From the NCBI RefSeq assembly GCF_006345805.1, contig NW_021824550.1, positions 1 through 17,975 on the forward strand: 17,975 nt of DNA. Reading direction: 5' to 3'. Source of the DNA: Octopus sinensis. Its lineage: Eukaryota. The position numbers and the translations under genes were made by a program. Positions 9,045-17,975 of the stretch are shown one piece after another. Below the pieces are notes generated by a model. The model was given only the letters and a program-made list of their open reading frames with translations, had not been told where the DNA came from and searched no databases. Numbering within the stretch: the stretch's first letter is position 1; each line of letters starts with the position of its first letter.

Positions 9045-9212
9045 ATGTGTATATGTTTGTGTGTCTGTGTTTGTCCCCCATCCCCCACTCTCACTTGACA
9101 ACCGATGTCGGTGTGTTTATGTCCCCTGGAGACGGTCTGTTCAACTAAAACTTCCCGAGGTGGTGCTCCAGCATGGCCTCAGTAAAAAAGAAATGACCGA
9201 CGCAAGAAGTAG
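9045..9212 (+). mobile_element. Diverged, internally deleted SINE family A 3' module
   Basis: GTGTCTGTGTTTGTCCCC...CTTGACAACCGATG...GGTGCTCCAGCATGGCC match the module at 2405-2599. Confidence 0.7.
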
Positions 9213-9394
9213 GTAAAAATGATAGTTATTTATACCCATAGGCACTGGAGTGACTGGATGGTTAGTGGCTTGCTTACCAGTCACCGCTTACCTCGGGTGT
9301 TATCAGCTTTTGGACAGCCTGTGTATTTTTTTCCTTTCGTTTCTTTTCTTTTCTCAGAAGACAATAAAATCCCTTATTTTCATCTATAACATTC

Positions 9395-9597
9395 TCTTTA
9401 CTCTTTACTCTTTCTCTTTTACTCTTTTACTTGTTTCAGTCATTTGACTGCGGCCATGCTGGAGCACCGCCTTTAATCGAGCAACTCGACCCCGGGACTT
9501 GTTCTTTTGTAAGCCCAGTACTTATTCTATCGTCTCTTTACCGAACCAACTAAGTAACGAGGGACATAAACTCACCACCATCGGTTGTCAAGCAATG

Positions 9598-9634
<37 letters not shown>

Positions 9635-9814
9635 TATACTCTTTTACTTGTTTCAGTCATTTGACTGCGGCCATGCTGGAGCACCGCCTTTAATCGAGCA
9701 ACTCGACCCCGGGACTTGTTCTTTTGTAAGCCCGTACTTATTCTATCGGTCTCTTTTACCGAACCACTAAGTAACGAGGGACATAAACTCACCACCATCG
9801 GTTGTCAAGCAATG

Positions 9815-9860
<46 letters not shown>

Positions 9861-10034
9861 TCTTTTACTTGTTTCAGTCATTTGACTGCGGCCATGCTGG
9901 AGCACCGCCTTTATCGAGCAACTCGACCCCGGGACTTGTTCTTTTGTAAGCCAGTACTTATTCTATCGGTCTCTTTTACCGAACCGCTAAGTAACGAGGG
10001 ACATAAACTCACCACCATCGGTTGTCAAGCAATG

Positions 10035-10066
<32 letters not shown>

Positions 10067-10285
10067 TCTTTTACTTGTTTCAGTCATTTGACTGCGGCCT
10101 GCTGGAGCACCGCCTTTAATCGAGCAACTCGACCCCGGGACTTGTTCTTTTGTAAGCCCAGTACTTATTCTATCGGTCTCTTTTACCGAACCGCTAAGTA
10201 ACGAGGGACATAAACTCACCACCATCGGTTGTCAAGCAATGCTAGGGGGACAAACACAGACACACAAACTTATACACACACATGC
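9395..10285 (-). repeat. Tandem tetramer of SINE family A 3' module with (TA)n spacers
   Basis: Units at 9421-9600, 9638-9817, 9859-10037, 10065-10244; near-identical, differing mainly by 1-nt indels. Confidence 0.92.
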
Positions 10286-10295
10286 ATATATATAT

Positions 10296-10665
10296 TTCCC
10301 TGGGCATGGATTCACTGAAGCTCCGGCGTCTGGTGACGGACTTGGTAGACGCCCACAAAGTTGTCAACCACCTCACCAATAACAACACTGAACACGTTTT
10401 TGATCTCCATATGTCTAACACACATGGACATGCCTACAAAGTCAGAACACAGCACACAGCTCCCATGACTTTCGGAAACATTTTTTCACGCTCAGAGTTG
10501 CTGAAGCATGGAATAAACTGCCTGCGTCAGTTGTTGACTGCCATGACACTGCATCCTTTAAGGCCCTCATGCTTTCTGAAATCCGCCGAAACTACACCTG
10601 ATTATATATGCACTTTAGATGAGTTGTAGTGCACCTGAGCACTGTACACAATGTTTATTATTATA
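10296..10665 (+). mobile_element. CR1-like LINE 3' fragment, subfamily B
   Basis: SLGMDSLKLRRLVTDLVDAHKVVNHLTNNNTEHVF aligns to the C-terminus of the 12185-13192 ORF, then frameshifts; short UTR, terminal hairpin and (TTA) tail. Confidence 0.9.
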
Positions 10666-10669
10666 TACA

Positions 10670-11052
10670 TACAATAACTCTGAGCACCTTTTCAAACTCC
10701 ACCTGTCTAACACTCGTGGACATGTTTACAAAGTCAGAAAACAGCACAGCTCCTTCCATGACTTTTGGTTACATTTTTTCATGCTAAGAGTTGCTGAAGC
10801 ATGGAACAAACTGCCAGCATCAGTTGTTAGTTGTCGGAGCACTGCATCCTTCAAAACTTCTCAGATTCGCCAACACTACACCTGATTTTCTCCCCTCCAT
10901 ACACACAAGCAAGCATCTATCTGACTCATACACTGTTCACTTCCCAGACATTTCTACACCACTGCAGATGCTTTATACAAACTTTGGACAAGTTGTGGGG
11001 CACCTGATCACTTTACACAATAATTTCATTATTATTATTATTATTATTATAT
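10670..11052 (+). mobile_element. CR1-like LINE 3' fragment, long-UTR subfamily A
   Basis: NNSEHLFKLHLSNTRGHVYKVRKQHSS...AEAWNKLPASVVSCRSTASFKT; UTR matches the reverse complement of 12001-12148; (ATT)n tail. Confidence 0.9.
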
Positions 11053-11055
11053 ATA

Positions 11056-11213
11056 CGACAGGCTTCTTTCAGTTTCCGTCTACCAAATCCACTCACAAGG
11101 CTTTGGTCGGCCCGAGGCTATAGTAGAAGACACTTGCCCAAGGTGCCACGCAGTGGGACTGAACCCGGAACCATGTGGTTGGTAAGCAAGCTACTTACCA
11201 CACAGCCATTCCC
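11056..11213 (-). mobile_element. SINE family A head
   Basis: Reverse complement of ~8166-8325; abuts the LINE (ATT)n tail. Confidence 0.9.
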
Positions 11214-11215
11214 AC

Positions 11216-11755
11216 ACATTTTTTAGAACATTTTCTTTTCATAAGATTTTGCTGACAAATTCTTTTGTTAACATAAACATTTATTTACATTTATGTACTT
11301 TGGGTGGGATGGGGTTATCCCTAGGCCGAAACCTTATTGAACAAACCTATGGTCAAAGACGTTCCAATTATGACTCTCCTGTTTCCTTTCAATGCCTTTG
11401 TCCACCCAGAATCATATAATTCAGTGTGTCCTATTCATAAGACATCAGGATATAGTGTATTTTAACGCGAGTAAGGACACCTTTTTTTGTCTAAAACTAG
11501 GTTAAAAAAATATGGGTGTTTCTTATACATGGATAGTATTATAATCTATTACAACACCTTCTTTCCGAATTTTAAGCCCTCAAAATTTGGTGGTTCCTTA
11601 TATATGTTAAAATAGGGTAATTCGAGATATTCGACTGCTATTTCTAGCACGTCCAGTGACCACTTAGCGGTTATATCGTTGCCTTGTTGTCAATTTGTTT
11701 TGTTATTCTTAGATATAGAACACATCACATGATCGCACACACACACACACACACA
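11216..11755 (+). repeat. Copy 1 of a local ~550-bp direct duplication
   Basis: Colinear with 14813-15142 plus ~17577-17850, including identical junctions around the MITE. Confidence 0.85.
11455..11617. mobile_element. Tc2/pogo-like MITE with TA flanks
   Basis: Imperfect TIRs GTGTATTTTAACGCGAGTAAGGACACC / GGTTCCTTATATATGTTAAAATAGGG, TA on both sides (11453-11454, 11618-11619); resembles CCGTATTT-type TcMar-Tc2 ends (recalled). Confidence 0.65.
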
Positions 11756-12000
11756 CACCACACATTCTCATTCATTATCATCATTTTGAGACTTTATCAT
11801 ACATATGTCTACCGTGTAGATGTATACCCAGTCAATAGACATGTCTAGTGTCTATACTTATCTAGAATCTATAAATACGGGGTTGAACAAAATAATGGAA
11901 ACACCTTAAAATTTCAAACAATTTTATTTTAATATGTGGTAGGACCTCTTTTGGCAGTAATTACAGCTTGAATTCTTTGAGGCATGCACTCATATATATA

Positions 12001-13225
12001 ATGAAATTATTGTATACAGTGCTCAGGTGCACCACAACTTGTCAGAAAGTGCATATAAAGTACATGCAGTAATGTAGAAATGTCTGGAAAGCGAACAATG
12101 TATGAGTCAGATACATGCTTGATTGTGTGTATGGAGGGGAGAAAATCAAGTGTAGTGTTGGCGAATCTCAGGAAGCATGGAAGTTTAGGATGCAGTGCTC
12201 CGACAACTAACAACTGATGCCGGCAGTTTGTTCCATGCTTCAGCAACTCTCAGCGTGAAAAAATGTTTCCTGAAGTCATGGGAGCTGTGCTGTTTTCTGA
12301 CTTTGTAAATATGTCCACGGGTGTTAGATGGGTGGAGTTTGAAAAGGTGCTCAGAGTTATTGTTTGTACGATGGTTGATAATTTTATGGGTGTCTGTCAA
12401 GTCAGCTGCCAGACGTCGGAGTTTCAATGTGTCCATGCCCAGGGAAGTAAGGCGTTCAGGATATGGCAAATGCCTGATGGAGGGTATTCTTTTGGTTGCA
12501 CGTCGCTGAACGGGTTCCAGACGATTGATATCCTGGGCAAGATAGTGGTTCCAGACCGGTGATGCAAATTCCAGGTGAGGTCTTACCATAGCTATATAAA
12601 ACCGCAGATAGATAGCCGGAGAGCGGCTCACAAAGGATTTGGTGAGTGATGCCAAGACACCCTCAGCCTTCTTGACAATTTTAGCGATGTGTTTTGTCCA
12701 ATGCAAATCCCTGTCGACAATAACACCCAGGTCACGTTCACATGAAGACTTTTTGAGACTAGTGTTGTGGAGGGAGTAGGTGGACGCCGGGTTTCTCCTC
12801 CCAAAATGCATGGTGGTACATTTGTCCACAGCCAGCTTGAGTTGCCAGTCCATGATCCACTGCTGCATTGTGTCCAGGTCTGCTTGCAATAGAGATCCAT
12901 AGTGTATAGGATCTGACCTCTTTATTTCGAGGTACAGCTTGATGTCATTTGCATATTTCAGCACTGTGGCATTCTTTAAGTTGGCATCTATGTCATTAAC
13001 ATATGCAATAAATAAAAGGGGGCCAAGAACAGATCCCTGTGGTACACCAGATGTCATCTCATAGGGCGAAGAGTGCTGTCCTAGAACTGCGACAACCTCT
13101 TTTTGGCCGAAAATAAAGGACTTCAACCAGTTATAGAATTCGTCTCTTACACCCAACGCAGAAAGCTTCACCATAAGTCTTTTGTGTGGCACAGAGTTAA
13201 AAGCCTTAGCAAAGTCCAGGTAAAC
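12001..13225 (-). mobile_element. CR1-clade LINE, 5'-truncated (RT C-terminal part + 3' UTR)
   Basis: Homology starts at VYLDFAKAFNSVPH (13225) and runs through the UTR to the terminal hairpin and TA tail near 12001. Confidence 0.92.
12185..13225 (-). pseudogene. LINE ORF2 reverse-transcriptase fragment, inactive
   Basis: Motifs YLDFAKAF, GVPQGSVLGPLLF, YAND (for YADD), ERDLGVIVD, RPHLEFASPVW, VQRRATK, WNKLP, typical of CR1-type ORF2. No endonuclease domain or true start. A 3-nt deletion creates TAA at 12185-12187, upstream of the family stop at 12146-12148. Confidence 0.9.
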
Positions 13226-13739
13226 ATGTTCTTCTTTTCGGATTATGGCTGCTGTTGCTTAGTGCGTGGGATTGACTCAGTGCACAGCCTTTCCTCACTT
13301 CAAAAAAAATCTTCTTGCACAGGCATTGCACGACAACAACATTGATTAAGCTTCGTGCAATGGCCATACTCGATAATGAGGGGGCAGCCACCATGTATGT
13401 ATATACACACATACAGGTATACAAGCATACAATTGAAGACATATGCACACATACAGGGTATGGAAAGAAAAAACTTACTTTAGACAAATTGTGGAAGTCA
13501 TTATAAACATTGACATACTTAGATATTGGTTTTTGATATATTGAAGTTGAATACAGATAAGAAAAGTGGGTGACTAATACGAAAGCGGAGAGAGTGGGGG
13601 AAAATGTAAGAGACTAGGAGAGATTTTGTGGGACTGATAGGTGAAGTAGGATGACTAGAATGATCTCGTTAGCTTGATGTTGATTAGAAAGTCATTGCCA
13701 GATGGCTCGAGGTTTGATCACAAGCACTGTGTCTGTGCA

Positions 13740-13774
<35 letters not shown>

Positions 13775-13807
13775 TATCCGTGAAATAGTAATTGTGTCTG
13801 TTGCTGG

Positions 13808-13918
13808 TAGCATGACCTTCGAATGTTAAGCTTCGTTGAAGTGGTGACATGTGATTGATACCTTTGATGATATGATGTGCTTGAGTAGATTTGTCAAGCC
13901 AGGTGAAACCGTAGTCGT
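13808..13918 (+). mobile_element. Diverged RTE-like LINE 3' fragment
   Basis: GCATGACCTTCGAATGTT...GATATGATGTGCTTGAG, homologous to 6335-6417 in the opposite orientation; downstream of a (GT)n tract at 13745-13772. Confidence 0.5.
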
Positions 13919-14321
13919 GGCCAGAAACGTTAGCACGCCGGGTGAAATGTTCGGCAGTATTTCGTCTGACGTTACGTTCTGAGTTCAAATTTCGCCGAGG
14001 TCGACTTTGCCTTTCATCCTTTCGGAGTCGATTAAATAAGTACCAGTTATGCACTGGGGTCGAAATAATTGACTTAATCTGTTTGTCTGTCCTTGTTTGT
14101 CCCCTCTGTGTTTAGCCCCTTGTGGGTAGTAAAGAAATAGGTATTTCGTCTGCCGTTACGTTCTGAGTTCAAATTCTGTCGAGGTCGACTTTGCCTTTCA
14201 TCCTTTCGGGGGTCGATAAATTAAGTACCAGTTACGCACTGAGTCGATATAATTGACTTAATCCCTTTGTCTGTCCTTGTTTGTCCCCTCTGTGTTTAGC
14301 CCCTTGTGGGCAATAAAGAAA
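13919..14321 (+). mobile_element. SINE family C: partial head plus two units
   Basis: CCAGAAACGTTAGCACGCCGGG head; unit junction AAAGAAATA|GGTATTTCG at 14139/14140. Confidence 0.9.
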
Positions 14322-14420
14322 CAGATTGTAATCTGACCTAGGTGGTTATCAGCTTTTGAACAGCCATTGTCCTTTTTTTCTTTTTTTAGAAGACGATAAA
14401 AACTTTTTTATTTTCATATA

Positions 14421-14796
14421 TCTTTATATATAAAAGAAAAGATGTAGTGTCTGTCTTATACAATTTAGATTCCTAACTACTCCCACATTTTGCGGTGCAG
14501 TTTAACCAAATTCGGGTATCTTATAGTCGTGATTCATATCGAGCCCTTCTGGGTATTAGGATGAGTCTACGATTTTAAAAATAATTTACCATCATTTTTT
14601 TCCATTTTTAATGCATTTTTGGCATATATAAGGGAAGTAACTCTCTAAAAATTTAATAATAAATCTCAGAACGTAAAAAGCTACAGTAACGCCCCTCCCC
14701 CTTTGTGATTAGCCATATTGAGATGGCTATTATACTTTACATCTCTAAAAATGCTTATATAGTTATTTCCCTTACAAACCCGAGCGATACTGCTAG
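14421..14796 (+). mobile_element. Non-autonomous Helitron, second family
   Basis: A|TCTTTATATATAAAAG 5' end; ACAAACCCGAGCGATACTGCTAG|T 3' end, matching 5404-5437 but with the right arm of the hairpin deleted. Confidence 0.7.
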
Positions 14797-15500
14797 TAAC
14801 ATATAAACGTGTACATTTTTTAGAACATTTTCCTTTCATAAGATTTTGCTGACAAATTTTTTTGTTAACATAAACATTTATTTACATTTATGTACTTTGG
14901 GAGGGACAGGGTTATCCCTAGGCCAAAACCTTATTGAACAAACCTATGATTAAAGACGTTCCAATTATGACTCTCCTGTTTCCTTTCAATGCCTTTGTCC
15001 ACCCAGAATCATATAATTCAGTGTGTCCTATTCATAAGACATCAGGATATGCTGTATTTTAACGTGTGTAAGGACACCTTTTTTTGTCTAAAACTAGGTT
15101 AAAAAATATGGGTGTTTCTTCTATTTGGATAGTATTATAATCTTTTCGGTTTGAACAGCAGTTTTTTGTAGCAGTGTCATATGAAATTGTCACCCATGAT
15201 TATGACCCTAGTATCGATCTATTGCATTTCAATCTGTTTTAGGGTTAGGGTTTGAGGTGGGGGGAAGGTAATCTTTTTTTCTTCACAAATGTTAATAAAC
15301 CCAATCTGTTTCTTAAACGAGGGACATATTCATACGGCACAGAATTTTTTTTTAATTTTTACCTCAATAGACGTCATTGATTGGTTGAAATTGCAGAATT
15401 TGAAGAAAAAAACCCAACAAATATCTTACAAAGTATAGAATTTTCTCAATAAAGCCAAGAGAAAAAGATGTTTAATAAACACATTCTACCAGTATAAGAA

Positions 15501-17442
15501 TAAATAATAATAAAATAATAATGAAATTATTGTATACAGTGCTCAGGTGCACCACAACTTGTCAGAAAGTGCATATAAAGTACATGCAGTAATGTAGAAA
15601 TGTCTGGAAAGTGAGCATGCTTGTGTGTGTATGGAGGGGAGGAAATCAAGTGTAGTGTTGGCGAATCTCAGGAAGCATGGAAGTTTTGAAGGATGCAGTG
15701 CTCCGACAACTAACAACCGATGCCGGCAGTTTGTTCCATGCTTCAGTGTGTGTATGGAGGGGAGAAAATCAAGTGTAGTGTTGGCGAATCTCAGGAAGCA
15801 TGGAAGTTTTGAAGGATGCAGTGCTCCAACAACTAACAACCGATGCCGGCAGTTTGTTCCACGCTTCAGCGTGTGTATGGAGGGGAGAAAATCAAGTGTA
15901 GTGTTGGCGAATCTCAGGAAGCATGGAAGTTTTGAAGGATGCAGTGCTCCAACAACTAACAACCGATGCCGGCAGTTTGTTCCATGCTTCAGCGTGTGTA
16001 TGGAGGGGAGAAAATCAAGTGTAGTGTTGGCGAATCTCAGGAAGCATGGAAGTTTTGAAGGATGCAGTGCTCCAACAACTAACAACCGATGCCGGCAGTT
16101 TGTTCCACGCTTCAGCGTGTGTATGGAGGGGAGAAAATCAAGTGTAGTGTTGGCGAATCTCAGGAAGCATGGAATTTTGAAGGATGCAGTGCTCCACAAC
16201 TAACAACCGATGCCGGCAGTTTGTTCCACGCTTCAGCGTGTGTATGGAGGGGAGAAAATCAAGTGTAGTGTTGGCGAATCTCAGGAAGCATGGAAGTTTT
16301 GAAGGATGCAGTGCTCCAACAACTAACAACCGATGCCGGCAGTTTGTTCCACGCTTCAGCGTGTGTATGGAGGGGAGAAAATCAAGTGTAGTGTTGGCGA
16401 ATCTCAGGAAGCATGGAAGTTTTGAAGGATGCAGTGCTCCAACAACTAACAACCGATGCCGGCAGTTTGGTTCCACGCTTCAGCGTGTGTATGGAGGGGA
16501 GAAAATCAAGTGTAGTGTTGGCGAATCTCAGGAAGCATGGAAGTTTTGAAGGATGCAGTGCTCCAACAACTAACAACCGATGCCGGCAGTTTGTTCCACG
16601 CTTCAGCGTGTGTATGGGGGGAGAAAATCAAGTGTAGTGTTGCGAATCTCAGGAAGCATGGAAGTTTTGAAGGATGCAGTGCTCCAACAACTAACAACCG
16701 ATGCCGGCAGTTTGTTCCATGTTTCTTCAGCGTGTGTATGGAGGGGAAAATCAAGTGTAGTGTTGGCGAATCTCAGGAAGCATGGAAGTTTTGAAGGATG
16801 CAGTGCTCCGACAACTAACAACCGATGCCGGCAGTTTGTTCCATGCTTCAGCGTGTGTATGGAGGGGAGAAAATCAAGTGTAGTGTTGGCGAATCTCAGG
16901 AAGCATGGAAGTTTTGAAGGATGCAGTGCTCCAACAACTAACAACGATGCCGGCAGTTTGTTCCACGCTTCAGCGTGTGTATGGAGGGGAGAAAATCAAG
17001 TGTAGTGTTGGCGAATCTCAGGAAGCATGGAAGTTTTGAAGGATGCAGTGCTCCAACAACTAACAACCGATGCCGGCAGTTTGTTCCACGCTTCAGCGTG
17101 TGTATGGAGGGGAGAAAATCAGGTGTAGTGTTGGCGAATCTCAGGAAGCATGGAAGTTTTGAAGGATGCAGTGCTCCAACAACTAACAACCGATGCCGGC
17201 AGTTTGTTCCACGCTTCAGCGTGTGTATGGAGGGGAGAAGATCAGGTGTAGTGTTGGCGAATCTCAGGAAGCATGGAAGTTTTGAAGGATGCAGTGCTCC
17301 GACAACTAACAACTAATGCCGGCAGTTTGTTCCATGCTTCAGCAACTCTCAGCGTGAAAAAATGTTTCCTGAAGTCATGGGAGCTTTGCTGTTTTCTTAC
17401 TTTGTAAATATGTCCACGGGTGTTAGATGGGTGGAGTTTGAA
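15501..17442 (-). mobile_element. CR1-like LINE 3' fragment, subfamily A, carrying the tandem array
   Basis: (ATT)n-type tail at 15501-15520; flanks match 12001-12090 and 12240-12343; AAGAA on both sides (15496-15500, 17441-17445) is a likely TSD. Confidence 0.9.
15625..17343 (-). repeat. Tandem array, 14 x ~123 bp, derived from the LINE ORF2 end and proximal 3' UTR
   Basis: The recurring ATGG register falls at 15631, 15754, 15877, 16000, 16123, 16244, 16367, 16491, 16614, 16738, 16859, 16981, 17104, 17227; each unit encodes AEAWNKLPASVVSCWSTASFKTSMLPEIRQHYT* on the minus strand. Confidence 0.97.
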
Positions 17443-17835
17443 GAAGTTTAAAACTTTTTAATTACGTGGAATTATTTAAAAAAACTGCTGTTCAAGCCGA
17501 AAAGATCCTATTAATAATTATTATAATCGCTTACAGAACCTTTTTCCCAATTTTAAGCCCCCAAAATTTGAGCCTTTTTTTGTCTAAAATTAGGTTTAAA
17601 AAATATGGGTGTTTCTTCTACTTGGATAGTATTATAATCTCTTACAGCACCTTCTTTCCGAATTTTAAGCCCCCTGAAAATTTTGGGGTTCCTTATATAC
17701 GTTAAAATAGGGTAATTCGAGATATTCGGCTGCTATTTCTAGCACGTCCAGTGACCACTTAGCGGCTATACCGTGGCCTTTGTTGTTGCTGTCAATTAGT
17801 TTTGTTATTCTTAGATATAGAACACATCACATGAT

Positions 17836-17975
17836 CGCACACACACGCACACACTCATACGCAATCATCACATGACATATTCTCATAGTCTCTCCGCGCG
17901 CACACACACACATACACACACACACATACACACACACATACACACACACACACATACACACACACATACACACAC
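17836..17975. repeat. (CA)n/(CATA)n-rich microsatellite running off the window end
   Basis: Directly visible. Confidence 0.9.

Larger units (their letters stand above)
15140..17508 (-). mobile_element. GGATC-TIR element (inverted relative to 7385-7798), split by a LINE
   Basis: 15140-15500 and 17441-17508 join to give the reverse complement of 7385-7798; TIRs ATCTTTTCGGTTTGAACAGCAG and CTGCTGTTCAAGCCGAAAAGATCC. Confidence 0.85.
15052..17712. mobile_element. Copy 2 of the Tc2/pogo-like MITE, interrupted by nested insertions
   Basis: Left TIR CTGTATTTTAACGTGTGTAAGGACACC (15052); right TIR GGTTCCTTATATACGTTAAAATAGGG|TA (17712). Confidence 0.7.

Noticed and set aside
9288-9385. Similarity to 14336-14417
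   Set aside because: Short diverged match, probably another dispersed repeat fragment; no termini to define an element.
9421-10244. Repeat-spacer pattern resembling CRISPR
   Set aside because: Repeats are 180-bp SINE modules and the spacers are plain (TA)n.
12263-12900. ORFs 12263-12562, 12321-12509 and 12628-12900
   Set aside because: Antisense or alternative-frame shadows of the RT fragment.
15543-17316. Many ORFs with 41-aa repeats on both strands
   Set aside because: A by-product of a 123-bp (3n) unit lacking stops in some frames; the true LINE frame has a stop in every unit, and indels switch frames arbitrarily.
15625-17343. CRISPR-like array
   Set aside because: Contiguous 123-bp units with no unique spacers, LINE-derived, eukaryotic context, no cas genes.

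Overview
Gene-poor, AT-rich eukaryotic nuclear DNA made almost entirely of interspersed repeats and (TA)n/(CA)n microsatellites. I recognise the SINE/LINE repertoire from memory as octopus/cephalopod-type; this is an inference, no database search was run. No host gene is supported. The only long protein homology is a 5'-truncated, catalytically mutated CR1-clade LINE reverse-transcriptase fragment (minus, ~12001-13225). Also present: four further 3' fragments of that LINE family, at least four tRNA-derived SINE families (CORE-like, Meta/MESC-like and V-domain-like central motifs), two non-autonomous Helitrons, a GG-terminated TIR family with 8-bp target duplications, and a Tc2/pogo-like MITE. 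Most interesting: (i) a fully foldable type I hammerhead ribozyme candidate at 1020-1080 and a degenerate minimal one at ~3202-3235, probably Penelope-like relics; (ii) a 14 x 123-bp tandem array born from the LINE 3' end (15625-17343), inside a nested insertion in one copy of a local ~550-bp duplication; (iii) a head-to-tail tetramer of a SINE 3' module with (TA)n spacers; (iv) an 883-bp foldback element holding an inner palindrome with TTAGGG repeats; (v) a terminal hairpin conserved between two LINE subfamilies. Most other ORFs in the track are repeat-derived artefacts.
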